This document shows positions 27,118-35,835 of a stretch of DNA of 64,000 nt, piece after piece. Each line of letters begins with the position of its first letter. Positions within the stretch are counted from its first letter, which is position 1. Source of the stretch: an uncultured Alphaproteobacteria bacterium. GTDB lineage: Bacteria > Pseudomonadota > Alphaproteobacteria > Rhizobiales > Xanthobacteraceae. A program made the position numbers and the translations under genes. The notes below the pieces were generated by a model, which had not been told where the DNA came from, made no database searches, and saw only the letters and a list, made by a program, of their open reading frames with translations. The stretch is from positions 30,512 to 94,511 of the forward strand of contig CAVUAI010000013.1 in the NCBI GenBank assembly GCA_963739385.1. The letters are read 5' to 3'.

Positions 27118-28089
27118 TCACACCGGAATCGGCCGTCCCACGCCGGCCGCGAGCGCGCGCTGATAGACGACCTCGGCAAAGGCCACGTCCTCGAGCGCGA
27201 TGCCGAGCGATTTGAACAGCGTGAGGTCGGACGGCGAGGTGCGGCCTTTGGCCTTTCCGGTGACGAATTCGCCGAGCTCGCGGATATCGGACCAGGCGAG
27301 CTTGCCGGCCGCCACCAGATCGCGAAACTCGCCCGCCTCCACCTTGGCCTGCTCGACCTGGTCGGTCGCCTTCACAGCGGCGCGCAACACCGTTTCGGCG
27401 TCGACCTCGCGCCGGTCGCCGGAATTGGCGCCGGCGGCGTTGACATGCGCGCCCTTGGCGAGCCATTCGGCGCGGCACACCGGCTCGGCCGACTTGGTGA
27501 TGGTGACGACGACCTGGGCATCGCCGACACAGGCTTCCGCCGACGGCACCGGCCGCGCCTCGATCCCGAGCTCCTTTTCCAGCGCACGGGCATAGGTCTC
27601 GCGGTGCTCGGGCGTGCGTGCGAACACGTTGATGCGCTTGATCGGCCGCACCGCGCACACCGCCACGACCTGCGTGCGCGATTGCCGGCCGGTGCCGATC
27701 ACCCCAAGCGTGTGCGCATCCGGATTGGCCAACAGCTTGGTGGCGAGGCCGCTCGCCGCACCGGTGCGCGTCTGTCCGAACAGGTCAGCCTCGATCATGG
27801 CTTTGAGCCTGCCGTCGGATGAAGAATACAGCAGCGTGTGGTACTGGCCGCCCTTCAGCCCGGCATAGGCCTTGAGCCCGTGCACGCCCTTGGCGCCATA
27901 GGCCGCGCCCATCAGGTTGAACGCACCGCCCGCAAGACGTGCGCGTTGCCGCGGCAGATTGACGGTGGCGGGCTGGCCCCAGGTGGCAAACAGCTCCTCG
28001 AGCGTCGCAATGGCGTCCTTCACCGTGACCAGACGGGCGACGTCGGCTTCAGTGAGGTAGATGGGAGATGTGGTCATGGTGATGTCCAA
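27118..28089 (-). CDS. Ornithine cyclodeaminase / mu-crystallin family protein
   Basis: 323 aa. LTEADVARL..., TRTGAASGLATKLLA, LGVIGTGRQSRTQV (Rossmann), and GAHVNAAGAN are typical of the OCD_Mu_crystall family. Confidence 0.85.
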   Translation of the reverse strand: MDITMTTSPIYLTEADVARLVTVKDAIATLEELFATWGQPATVNLPRQRARLAGGAFNLMGAAYGAKGVHGLKAYAGLKGGQYHTLLYSSSDGRLKAMIEADLFGQTRTGAASGLATKLLANPDAHTLGVIGTGRQSRTQVVAVCAVRPIKRINVFARTPEHRETYARALEKELGIEARPVPSAEACVGDAQVVVTITKSAEPVCRAEWLAKGAHVNAAGANSGDRREVDAETVLRAAVKATDQVEQAKVEAGEFRDLVAAGKLAWSDIRELGEFVTGKAKGRTSPSDLTLFKSLGIALEDVAFAEVVYQRALAAGVGRPIPV

Positions 28090-28107
28090 TCGATATTCCG
28101 AGAGCGG

Positions 28108-29304
28108 TTACGTTCCAGGCTTCAGCACGTCCTCGATCCAGTCCCACATCGCGTGCAACCCGATGGTGACGTTGTCGACCTGGCAGTGGTGAAAGCCACC
28201 CTCCTCGCGCGTGAAGACCTTGAGCGTCTTCTGCTTCGAGCCGACGGCAGCAAAGCATTTTTCCGCAAGCGCGAGCGGAATCTGCTCGTCGCCGGCGCCA
28301 TGCAGCAGCAGGAACGGGCACCGCATCTTCTGCACGATGCCGTCGAGGCGGAAACCTTCGAGCTTCTTGAGCGCCTCGGCCTGGCTCGATACGCCGAGAA
28401 CCCATTGCAGATGCTCCGGCGGCACCGACAGCGACAACACCTTGCCGGAGGCAAGCTCGTCGAGCCGCTTCGCCCAGATCGCGTGATAATCCCATTGCGC
28501 GCCCCAGGCGACGCAGCAGGCGAAGCGCGGCTCGAGCGCCGCGGCGCGCGGCGCATAGTAGCCGCCCAGGCTGAGCGCCATCACGCCGATGCGACGCGGA
28601 TCGAATTCTCTCCGCCCGGCGAGATATTCATAGGCCGCGGTGCCGTAACGCTCGGTCTCGGCGATGAGGGGAAGATTGCGGAAGCGCACGCTTTCGCCGT
28701 TGCCGGGTCCGTCGACGATCAGGCAGCCGACGCCGCGCGCGGCGAGATCCGGCACGCCATAGCCGTATTGCAATTCCTTGGTGACGTCGAAACCGTCGAA
28801 GAACACCATGCACGGCGCAGGCTTCGATCCGGCCGCGGCCGGATCGGGATGCACCAGCAGCGCCGGCAGGCTCGTGCCGTCGTACGGCACCTCGACCGAT
28901 TCGATGCGGGGATGGCGGATGATGGCGGCCGCATCGCGGAAGGCTTTCACCGAATTGGCGTACACCTTCATGCTGTGCTCGGAACGCGGATGGATGAAGC
29001 GCTCGCCGGTCTGGTAGAAGCGGCTCGCGCGCATGTAGCAGGACGCCGCGGTGAGCCTGTGGCCGCTCTTCTCCGCCGCGCGGCCGCGCGCCTCGATCAA
29101 CTCGCCCATGCGGGTCCATTCGTCGAACCAGGCCTGGTCGTCGCCCACCCGGTCTTCGAGCGCACGCCCGACGCGATGCACTTCGTCGATCTCGATGCCG
29201 GTCCAGGGCGCCGCGCTCAGGCAAATGAGCAGTCCCATGGACCAGCGGTAGTTGGTGGGAAAGTAGAGGAAGGCGGGGTCGTCTTTACGGCCGATCACGT
29301 TCAT
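28108..29304 (-). CDS. Alpha/beta-hydrolase (DUF1100 / 2,6-dihydroxypseudooxynicotine-hydrolase-like family)
   Basis: Starts at MNVIGRKDDPAFLYFP (ATG 29302-29304). The nucleophile elbow is MALSLGGYY, and HGAGDEQIP and FHHC lie near the C-terminus. Confidence 0.7.
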   Translation of the reverse strand: MNVIGRKDDPAFLYFPTNYRWSMGLLICLSAAPWTGIEIDEVHRVGRALEDRVGDDQAWFDEWTRMGELIEARGRAAEKSGHRLTAASCYMRASRFYQTGERFIHPRSEHSMKVYANSVKAFRDAAAIIRHPRIESVEVPYDGTSLPALLVHPDPAAAGSKPAPCMVFFDGFDVTKELQYGYGVPDLAARGVGCLIVDGPGNGESVRFRNLPLIAETERYGTAAYEYLAGRREFDPRRIGVMALSLGGYYAPRAAALEPRFACCVAWGAQWDYHAIWAKRLDELASGKVLSLSVPPEHLQWVLGVSSQAEALKKLEGFRLDGIVQKMRCPFLLLHGAGDEQIPLALAEKCFAAVGSKQKTLKVFTREEGGFHHCQVDNVTIGLHAMWDWIEDVLKPGT

Positions 29305-29324
29305 GCTCCAGGTTGCTTGAGGTC

Positions 29325-29440
29325 GTCGTCCCCGCGAAAGCGGGGACCCCGGTATCCGCCGCTGTAACTTGGTCACACACAAGCGTGTCACCCGTTGCGC
29401 AGCGAGTACTGGATCATCCGCTTACGCGGATGATGACGGC
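29325..29440. repeat. REP-like hairpin pair
   Basis: gtccccgcgaaagcggggac (29328-29347) and ggatcatccgcttacgcggatgatgac (29411-29437). They have the same style as family 2. Confidence 0.6.
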
Positions 29441-29451
29441 GGAGAGTGCGG

Positions 29452-30322
29452 CTACACCGGCTTCTCGCCCAGTATGGTCACCCGGCGCATCAGGCGTCGC
29501 TCGTCGGGGCTGAAATCGGTGCGGGCATGCAAGGTGCAGCGGTTGTCCCACATCAGGAGATCGCCGGGACGCCAGACGTGCTCGTAGACGAACTCGCGGC
29601 GTTCCTGGTGCTCGAACAGCAGGTCCAGCAGTTCGTCGCTTTCGTCGGCCGGCAGCCCTTCGATCCGCACGGTCATCAGCCGGTTGACGTAGAGCGCCTT
29701 GCGGCCGGTCGCCGGATGGGTGCGCACGACCGGATGCACGCAGGAGGGCACGCCGTCCGCCAGCCGCGTGCCGCGCTTGGTCGATGCTGTGTCGTAGTCG
29801 TAGGCATTGAGCGCCTTACGCCCGTCGATGCGCCGCTTGATGGCATCCGGCAAGCGTCGCATAGGCCTTGTAGCCGTTGGCGAACAGCGTGTTGCCTCCC
29901 GCGCTCGGCACCTCGAGCGCGTAGAGCATGGAGGCCATGGCCGGCCGCTCCTGGTGACACTGGTCGGTATGGAAATGCATCTCGCCGTCGGGCAGGGCGC
30001 CGATCGGCTTGCCGTCCTCGCGGATGTTCGAGATCAGCATGACGGCGGGGTGATTGCGCACGAACTGCTTGGTATGGATCACCGCCGGCGGTCCGAACTT
30101 CTCGGCGAAGCGAACCTCGTCCTCCTCGCTCAGCTCCTGGTCGCGCAGCAGAATCACGAGATGGTCGTGCCAGGCGTCGCGGATTTGCGCGAAGGTGAGA
30201 TCGTCGATCTCCTTGCTGAGGTCGATCCCCACGATTTCGGCGCCCAACGCCGGCGACAACGGGCGCACCACGCATGCGGGGGGCCGATGCGCCGCCTCCG
30301 ATTGAGTATGTTTCGTTGCCAT
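29452..30322 (-). pseudogene. TauD/TfdA-family Fe(II)/2-oxoglutarate dioxygenase, split by a +1 frameshift near 29850
   Basis: The N-part (MATKHTQSE...HFHTDQCHQERPAMASMLYALEVPSAGGNTLFANGYKAYATL) and the C-part (LPDAIKRRIDG...HPVVRTHPATGRKALYVN...WDNRCTLHAR) lie in different frames. Total length is 871 nt = 3n+1. Confidence 0.8.
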
Positions 30323-30408
30323 CTCGGCCGCTCTCTTTGTTGCCGCGGCTGTCGGTGGGAGGCGCCGTGGCTCGTTGCTCGGATTATGGTCCGCGAGCGC
30401 GCCTGTGC

Positions 30409-30945
30409 TCAAGGCTCCTTCGAATCGATAAGCACGAAGGCGATGCGGCACGGCTCGCTGCCGCGATTGACCCAGGCATGATTGGTGCCCTGCTGCACCA
30501 GGACGTCGCCGGCCTTGAGATGGACCTCTGAATCGTCGAGCAGCATGTCGATCTCGCCGGACATGACGATGGCGTAGTCGACCGTGCGGGTGCGGTGCAT
30601 CGCCGGATGGCGCGGCGGCAGGCCGCGCTTGGGCGCGCTGTCGCCGAGGCTCTGGTGCATGGTGCTGGGATCGAGGTTGCGCATCTCGGCGGTCTCCGGG
30701 GGAAATTCCACGATGCGGAACACCGAGCCGTTGCGCGGCGGCTGGATGCCGATGTCGACCGCGGCGCGGTCGGCGGTGCCGGAGAGATCCGCCGGACTCT
30801 GATCCGTCACCCAGATCACGCGCGAGACCGTCTGGGCGTGCGGCCGCACTTTCTTGTGCGGGTTGGGGCCGTCGAACAGCACCACCGCCTTGTCCTTGTT
30901 GTCGACCGTCGTGACCACGCGACGAACGTCTGCACTCAAAGCCAT
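30409..30945 (-). CDS. Cupin-domain protein
   Basis: 178 aa. The C-terminal HRTRTVDYAIVMSGEIDMLLDD.EVHLKAGDVLVQQGTNHAW is a cupin beta-barrel motif pair. Confidence 0.75.
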   Translation of the reverse strand: MALSADVRRVVTTVDNKDKAVVLFDGPNPHKKVRPHAQTVSRVIWVTDQSPADLSGTADRAAVDIGIQPPRNGSVFRIVEFPPETAEMRNLDPSTMHQSLGDSAPKRGLPPRHPAMHRTRTVDYAIVMSGEIDMLLDDSEVHLKAGDVLVQQGTNHAWVNRGSEPCRIAFVLIDSKEP

Positions 30946-31136
30946 GATTGCGTTTCTCCCATACCTGGTTTGGCTGATGCGAAGGCGACCGGTCGCCGAT
31001 CATGCAACAGCGCGCGGTCGGTCTACCAGCCGGTGGCGGTCATGGCCGGCGTGCGCGGCGACCTAGTGTGGCTTTGGTTCAGAAGTCCCCATTTCGGACT
31101 TGCCGCGGGAATAACGCGGACTTCTGAACCGCCACA

Positions 31137-31973
31137 TTAGGGGTGCACGCTGCCGTCAGGCATGTGGGCCCCCCTGAAATTGGCGCCCGTGAGATTGGCC
31201 CCGGTCAGAACCGCGCGCGACAAGCGCGCCTCCGACAGGTCGGCGCCTGCGAGATCGGCGCCACTGAGGTCAGCGCCGAGCAGGTCGGCGCCGGAAAGAT
31301 TTGCGCCCGTGAGGTTGGCCTCGCGCAACGCGGCGTCCACCAGCCCGGCATTGCTGAGATCGGCGCCTGCGAGATTGGCCCGGCGCAGCGTCGCCTCCAC
31401 CAGGTTGGCGGCGCTGAGATTTGTCCCTCGCAGCGACGCCTCGTCGAGGCGGGCGCCGGTGAGGATGGCTTCCGACAGCCGCGCGCCGTCGAGGCGGGCG
31501 CGGACCAGGCGCGCCTTCTGCAGTTTGGCGTCGGAGAGGTCGGCGCCGGTGAGGTCCGCCGCGCTCAGATCGGATTCATAGAGCAATGCGCGAACAAGCT
31601 TGGCGCGCGCCAGCGAGGCGTTTTTCAGATCGGTCTTGTTGAGATTGGCGTCGCTCAGGTCGGCGCCGGTCAAGTTCGCACGCAGAAGGCGCGCCCGATG
31701 CAGCACCCCGCCCGCAAGATTGGCGCCCGACAGGTCGGCGTCTGCCAGATCGCGTCGCTTCAGCGCCGCCCGCTCGAGCGCGCAGTTCGGACAGACCTTG
31801 GTGTTGCCGGCGAGAAAGTCGCTCTCGCCCAACGCCCACGACCCCGAGCCGACCAGCCACAGGCTGAAAGCCAGCGCGGCCGAGATGGCCAACCAGCGAT
31901 GCCGGATCATTGCGCGCGCGTACCTCGTGCGCATCATGGCATGTTTCGCAAGCGACGCCAGAGACCGCTGCAT
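31137..31973 (-). CDS. Pentapeptide-repeat protein with N-terminal hydrophobic leader
   Basis: About 200 aa of uninterrupted A(D/N)LxG pentapeptides (ADLSGANLAGGVLHRARLLRANLTGADLSDANL...). The leader is MIRHRWLAISAALAFSLWLVGSGSWA. Possible starts are 31973 (abutting the lysR stop as TAGATG) or 31910. Confidence 0.8.
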   Translation of the reverse strand: MQRSLASLAKHAMMRTRYARAMIRHRWLAISAALAFSLWLVGSGSWALGESDFLAGNTKVCPNCALERAALKRRDLADADLSGANLAGGVLHRARLLRANLTGADLSDANLNKTDLKNASLARAKLVRALLYESDLSAADLTGADLSDAKLQKARLVRARLDGARLSEAILTGARLDEASLRGTNLSAANLVEATLRRANLAGADLSNAGLVDAALREANLTGANLSGADLLGADLSGADLAGADLSEARLSRAVLTGANLTGANFRGAHMPDGSVHP

Positions 31974-32915
31974 CTACCTCGCTCTCGCCAGCGGCTTCGC
32001 GACCTCGCGCGCGCAGTCGATGAAGAGCTGCGCCACGGGACTAAGCAGGCGCGTCTTCAAGGTGAAGACTCCGATCGGGCCGCTGCTGATCGGCAGATGC
32101 ACCGGCAGCATCTTGATCGACGGGTGCCTGGTGGGGAAACGGAGCAAGGAATTCGTGAGAATGGTCAGAAAGCGCCCGGTCGCCAACAGGCTATTACGCA
32201 CTTCAAACGGAAACGTGACCACGGTCGAGCGCGGAAGATCGAGTCCGCTGGCTCGAAAAGCCTTCACCGCGAACGATCCGACCAGGCTGTCCGGCGGCGG
32301 CAGCACCCAGGTTTCGTTCACCAAGTCGGCAAGCTCGACCCGCCGTCGTCGAGCCCATGGATTTTGCACGCCCGCCGCTACGACATAGGGGTCATCGTAA
32401 AGGGCTTCAAAGTTCAGCAGTTCGTCCGTGACGGGGCCAAATTTTCGCGCGATCAAGAGATCGACGTTGCGCGCGCTCAATTCGAGGTGCAGCGTTTCCG
32501 TCTGCGTGGCCACCACGTTGAAGGTGATGCGCGGATTACGTCTAGACAGCCGGTCGATCACGGCGGTGACGAAGCTCGCAGATATGGGGATCGTGCTTCC
32601 GACACGTACCTCCCCCGCCGTCGGATCGGCGAGGAACTCGATGTCTCTTACGCCTTGTCTCAACTCGTCGAAGGCGGCAAGGCTGCGGCCGAGAAGCGCA
32701 CGCCCATAGATCGTGGGCTCCACCCCTTGCGGATTCCGGTCGAGAAGGCGAACGCCGACTGCGCGCTCGAGGTCGGCGATGGCCTTGGACACCACTGGCA
32801 CCGAAACTGCCAGAGCGCCGGCCGCTTTCGTCATGCTCCCCGATTGGATGACGGCATGAAGCACGTGCAGATCCCGCAACTTGATGCGGCGCCCAATGCG
32901 GTCTGCCCACGTCAT
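31974..32915 (-). CDS. LysR-type transcriptional regulator
   Basis: Starts at MTWADRIGRRIKLRDLHVLHAVIQSGSMTKAAGALAVSVPVVSKAIADLE (ATG 32913-32915). It has a wHTH followed by a LysR substrate-binding domain. Confidence 0.85.
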   Translation of the reverse strand: MTWADRIGRRIKLRDLHVLHAVIQSGSMTKAAGALAVSVPVVSKAIADLERAVGVRLLDRNPQGVEPTIYGRALLGRSLAAFDELRQGVRDIEFLADPTAGEVRVGSTIPISASFVTAVIDRLSRRNPRITFNVVATQTETLHLELSARNVDLLIARKFGPVTDELLNFEALYDDPYVVAAGVQNPWARRRRVELADLVNETWVLPPPDSLVGSFAVKAFRASGLDLPRSTVVTFPFEVRNSLLATGRFLTILTNSLLRFPTRHPSIKMLPVHLPISSGPIGVFTLKTRLLSPVAQLFIDCAREVAKPLARAR

Positions 32916-33031
32916 GCCATGCCACTTAGCCAAACGGGTAAAGGGAATGCCAAAAATAGAGATTCCCAGAAATACCAAACAGGGGCAATGTTTCAAAGTC
33001 CATTTCGACGCCCGCCGGGAGAACAACCGTC

Positions 33032-34000
33032 ATGGTCAAGCGCCTGCTCTCAGTGATGGCCGGCGTGAGTTTGGTGATTAACGGTGTCGCTTCGGCAACA
33101 GCCCAGTTGTATCCGCAGCGGCCGATCAAGCTCATCGTGGCCTTCGTGCCGGGCAGCCCCGTCGATCTCGTTGCGCGCGCGGTCGTCGACAAATTATCGA
33201 CGGGCCTCAGGCAGACCATCGTCGTCGAGAACCGGCCCGGCGCCGCCGGCAATCTCGGCGCTGAAGTCGCCGCACGAGCGGCTCCCGATGGCTACACGTT
33301 GCTGGCGACGCTCGACACCACATTCACGGTGAACCCGAGCGTCTACAAGAAGCTGCCCTACGATCCGGAAACGGACTTGCGGCCCATTTCGATCATGGCG
33401 GCGACCAGCACCTTGCTGGTCGTGCACCCGTCCGTTCCAGTCAACTCGGCGCGCGAACTCGTGGCCTTCGCGCGGCACGAGCCCATGAGCTATGCCCATG
33501 GCGGACACGGCAGCCCCGGCCACCTGTCCATGGAGTATTTCCGCCTGCAGGCCGGTTTCCCCGCCACGCCCGTGCCGTACAAGGGCAACGCACCGCTGGT
33601 AACCGACTTGCTGGCGGGTCAGATCAAGCTGGGTTTCGTGGGAACCGGCGGCGTGATCCAGCACGTCGTCGCAGGACGGCTGAAAGGCCTCGCAATATCG
33701 ACCGGCAAACGCTCGCCGCTCGCGCCGGACGTGCCGACCGCGGCGGAGGCCGGCTTTCCCGATTTCAAGGTGGAGACCTACTACGTGATGTCGGCGCCCG
33801 CGGGCATTCCGGAGGAAATCGCCGCCCGATTGGAGAACGAGGTGCGCCGCGCACTGGCATCTCCCGATCTGCAGGAAAAGCTTCGTCTTCAAAATAGCGA
33901 GGTCGTCGCCATCACCGGCGCTGAAGCCAAAGCCAAGCTCAAGGCCCAACGTGATCTCTGGGCCAAGGTCGTCAAGGCGACCGACATGCGGGTCGATTGA
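33032..34000 (+). CDS. Bug/TctC-family substrate-binding protein
   Basis: Signal peptide, then AQLYPQRPIKLIVAFVPGSPVDLVAR..NRPGAAGNLG..PYKG. 322 aa. Confidence 0.85.
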   Translation: MVKRLLSVMAGVSLVINGVASATAQLYPQRPIKLIVAFVPGSPVDLVARAVVDKLSTGLRQTIVVENRPGAAGNLGAEVAARAAPDGYTLLATLDTTFTVNPSVYKKLPYDPETDLRPISIMAATSTLLVVHPSVPVNSARELVAFARHEPMSYAHGGHGSPGHLSMEYFRLQAGFPATPVPYKGNAPLVTDLLAGQIKLGFVGTGGVIQHVVAGRLKGLAISTGKRSPLAPDVPTAAEAGFPDFKVETYYVMSAPAGIPEEIAARLENEVRRALASPDLQEKLRLQNSEVVAITGAEAKAKLKAQRDLWAKVVKATDMRVD

Positions 34001-34070
34001 AAGCGCGCGGCGTCATGCGCAAGCCCCGTCGTCCGTAAGCACGACCCCTGTTCACAGGTAGCCCACCACC

Positions 34071-34961
34071 ATGTCAGCAACTCACGAAGCGATGGATTGG
34101 GATGGCTCGACGCACGTGATCATGCTCGGGACGGGCACCCCGCGGCCTGATCCCAGCCGCTCCGGACCGGCGACGGCGATCGTGGTCAACGGCACGCCGT
34201 ATCTTGTCGACTTCGGACCCGGGATCGTCCGTCAGGCGGCGGCGGCCTATCAGCGAGGCGTCAAGGCGTTCGGTCCCGGCGTGGTCAACATCGTGACGGC
34301 GTTTCTGACCCATCTGCACTCCGATCATACGACCGGCTATCCCGACCTCATCTTCACGCCATGGGTCATGGGCAGGAAGTTGCCGCTCGAGGTCTACGGT
34401 CCGAGGGGGATCAAGGCCATGACCGACCATATCCTCAAGGCGTGGCAGATCGACATCGACGCACGCGTCAACGGCTTGAACGGACACAATTCGACCGGCT
34501 GCAAGGTCCAGGCGCACGAAATCACGCCTGGCGTCGTCTACCGGGACCGCCATCTCACTGTCACGGCGTTTCCCGTCCGGCACGAGGAAATGGTCAATTC
34601 CTTCGGCTACCGGTTCGACACACCGGATCGCACCATCGTAATCTCAGGCGACACCGCGCCGACTCAGGCCATCATCGACAACAGCCGGGGCTGCGACGTG
34701 CTGATTCACGAAGCCTATTCCATGCAGACCTATCGAAAGGTCTCGCCGCGCTCGCAGGAGTTTCGCCGCACGCACCATACGTCGTCGGTCGAATTGGCCG
34801 AGATCGCAAACGCCGTGAAGCCGGACTTGCTCGTGCTCTATCACCGCTCGAATGCCGGCGGCTCGCTGTCGGTCCCGGATTCGGAAGAGGAATTGATTGC
34901 GGAGATACGGCAGACCTACAAGGGCAAGGTCGTGGCCGGCCACGATTTGGATATCTATTAG
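34071..34961 (+). CDS. MBL-fold metallo-hydrolase (RNase Z / arylsulfatase-like subgroup)
   Basis: VIMLGTGTPRPD, the THLHSDH motif, ISGDT and HEAY. 296 aa. Confidence 0.8.
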   Translation: MSATHEAMDWDGSTHVIMLGTGTPRPDPSRSGPATAIVVNGTPYLVDFGPGIVRQAAAAYQRGVKAFGPGVVNIVTAFLTHLHSDHTTGYPDLIFTPWVMGRKLPLEVYGPRGIKAMTDHILKAWQIDIDARVNGLNGHNSTGCKVQAHEITPGVVYRDRHLTVTAFPVRHEEMVNSFGYRFDTPDRTIVISGDTAPTQAIIDNSRGCDVLIHEAYSMQTYRKVSPRSQEFRRTHHTSSVELAEIANAVKPDLLVLYHRSNAGGSLSVPDSEEELIAEIRQTYKGKVVAGHDLDIY

Positions 34962-35017
34962 AGCTCAATCACGCGCCTGATCACCGGGCCGCCGGGAACG
35001 CGCGCGCGGAGCGGGCG

Positions 35018-35797
35018 TCACACCTGCCGCTCGACCATCATGCGCTTCACGCGGGCGATGGCCTCGGCCGGGTTGAGGCTCTTGGGACAGGCCTTGGCGC
35101 AGTTCATGATGGTGTGGCAGCGGTAGAGCCGGAACGGATCCTCGAGATTGTCGAGCCGGTGGCCGGCCGCCTCGTCGCGGCTGTCCTCCAGCCAGCGGTC
35201 GGCCTGCAGCAGCGCAGCCGGGCCGAGGAAGCGCTCGCTGTTCCACCAATAGCTCGGGCACGAGGTCGAGCAGCACGCGCACAGAATGCATTCGTAGAGC
35301 CCGTCGAGCTTCTGGCGATCCTCGTGGCTCTGCCGCCATTCCTTCTGCGGCGGCGGCGATATGGTCTGCAGCCACGGCTCGATGGAGGCATGCTGGGCGT
35401 AGAAGTTGGTGAGATCAGGCACCAGGTCCTTCACCACCGGCTCGTGCGGCAACGGATAGATCTTCACCACGCCCTTGATGTCCGACATCGCCTTGGTGCA
35501 GGCGAGCGTATTGGTGGCGTCGATGTTCATCGCGCACGACCCGCATACGCCCTCGCGGCACGACCGGCGGAAGGTCAGCGTCGGATCGACGTTGTTCTTG
35601 ATCCAGATCAGCGCGTCGAGCACCATCGGTCCGCAATCGCCGCAGTCGACGTAATAGGTATCCATGCGGGGATTCTTGCCCTCGTCCGGATCCCAGCGAT
35701 AGATCTTGTACTCGCGCACGTGATGCGCGCCGGTCGGGTACGCCCAGGTCTTGCCTTCGGTGACCTTGGAGTTCTTGGGCAGTGTGAGTTGGACCAT
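35018..35797 (-). CDS. sdhB: Succinate dehydrogenase iron-sulfur subunit
   Basis: [10 protein letters not shown]...YRWDPD..., [25 protein letters not shown] and [13 protein letters not shown] give three Fe-S cluster motifs. 259 aa. Confidence 0.95.
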   Translation of the reverse strand: MVQLTLPKNSKVTEGKTWAYPTGAHHVREYKIYRWDPDEGKNPRMDTYYVDCGDCGPMVLDALIWIKNNVDPTLTFRRSCREGVCGSCAMNIDATNTLACTKAMSDIKGVVKIYPLPHEPVVKDLVPDLTNFYAQHASIEPWLQTISPPPQKEWRQSHEDRQKLDGLYECILCACCSTSCPSYWWNSERFLGPAALLQADRWLEDSRDEAAGHRLDNLEDPFRLYRCHTIMNCAKACPKSLNPAEAIARVKRMMVERQV

Positions 35798-35835
35798 GAG
35801 CCTGACTTGCCTTTGCGCGCCGTGTTTCGTGTCGC

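Noticed and set aside
31143-33056. 637-aa plus-strand ORF opposite the pentapeptide-repeat and LysR genes
   Set aside because: It is an antisense reading of the pentapeptide repeats, which gives repetitive GA(R/Q)E(I/V)G strings, and of lysR. It is not credible as a gene.
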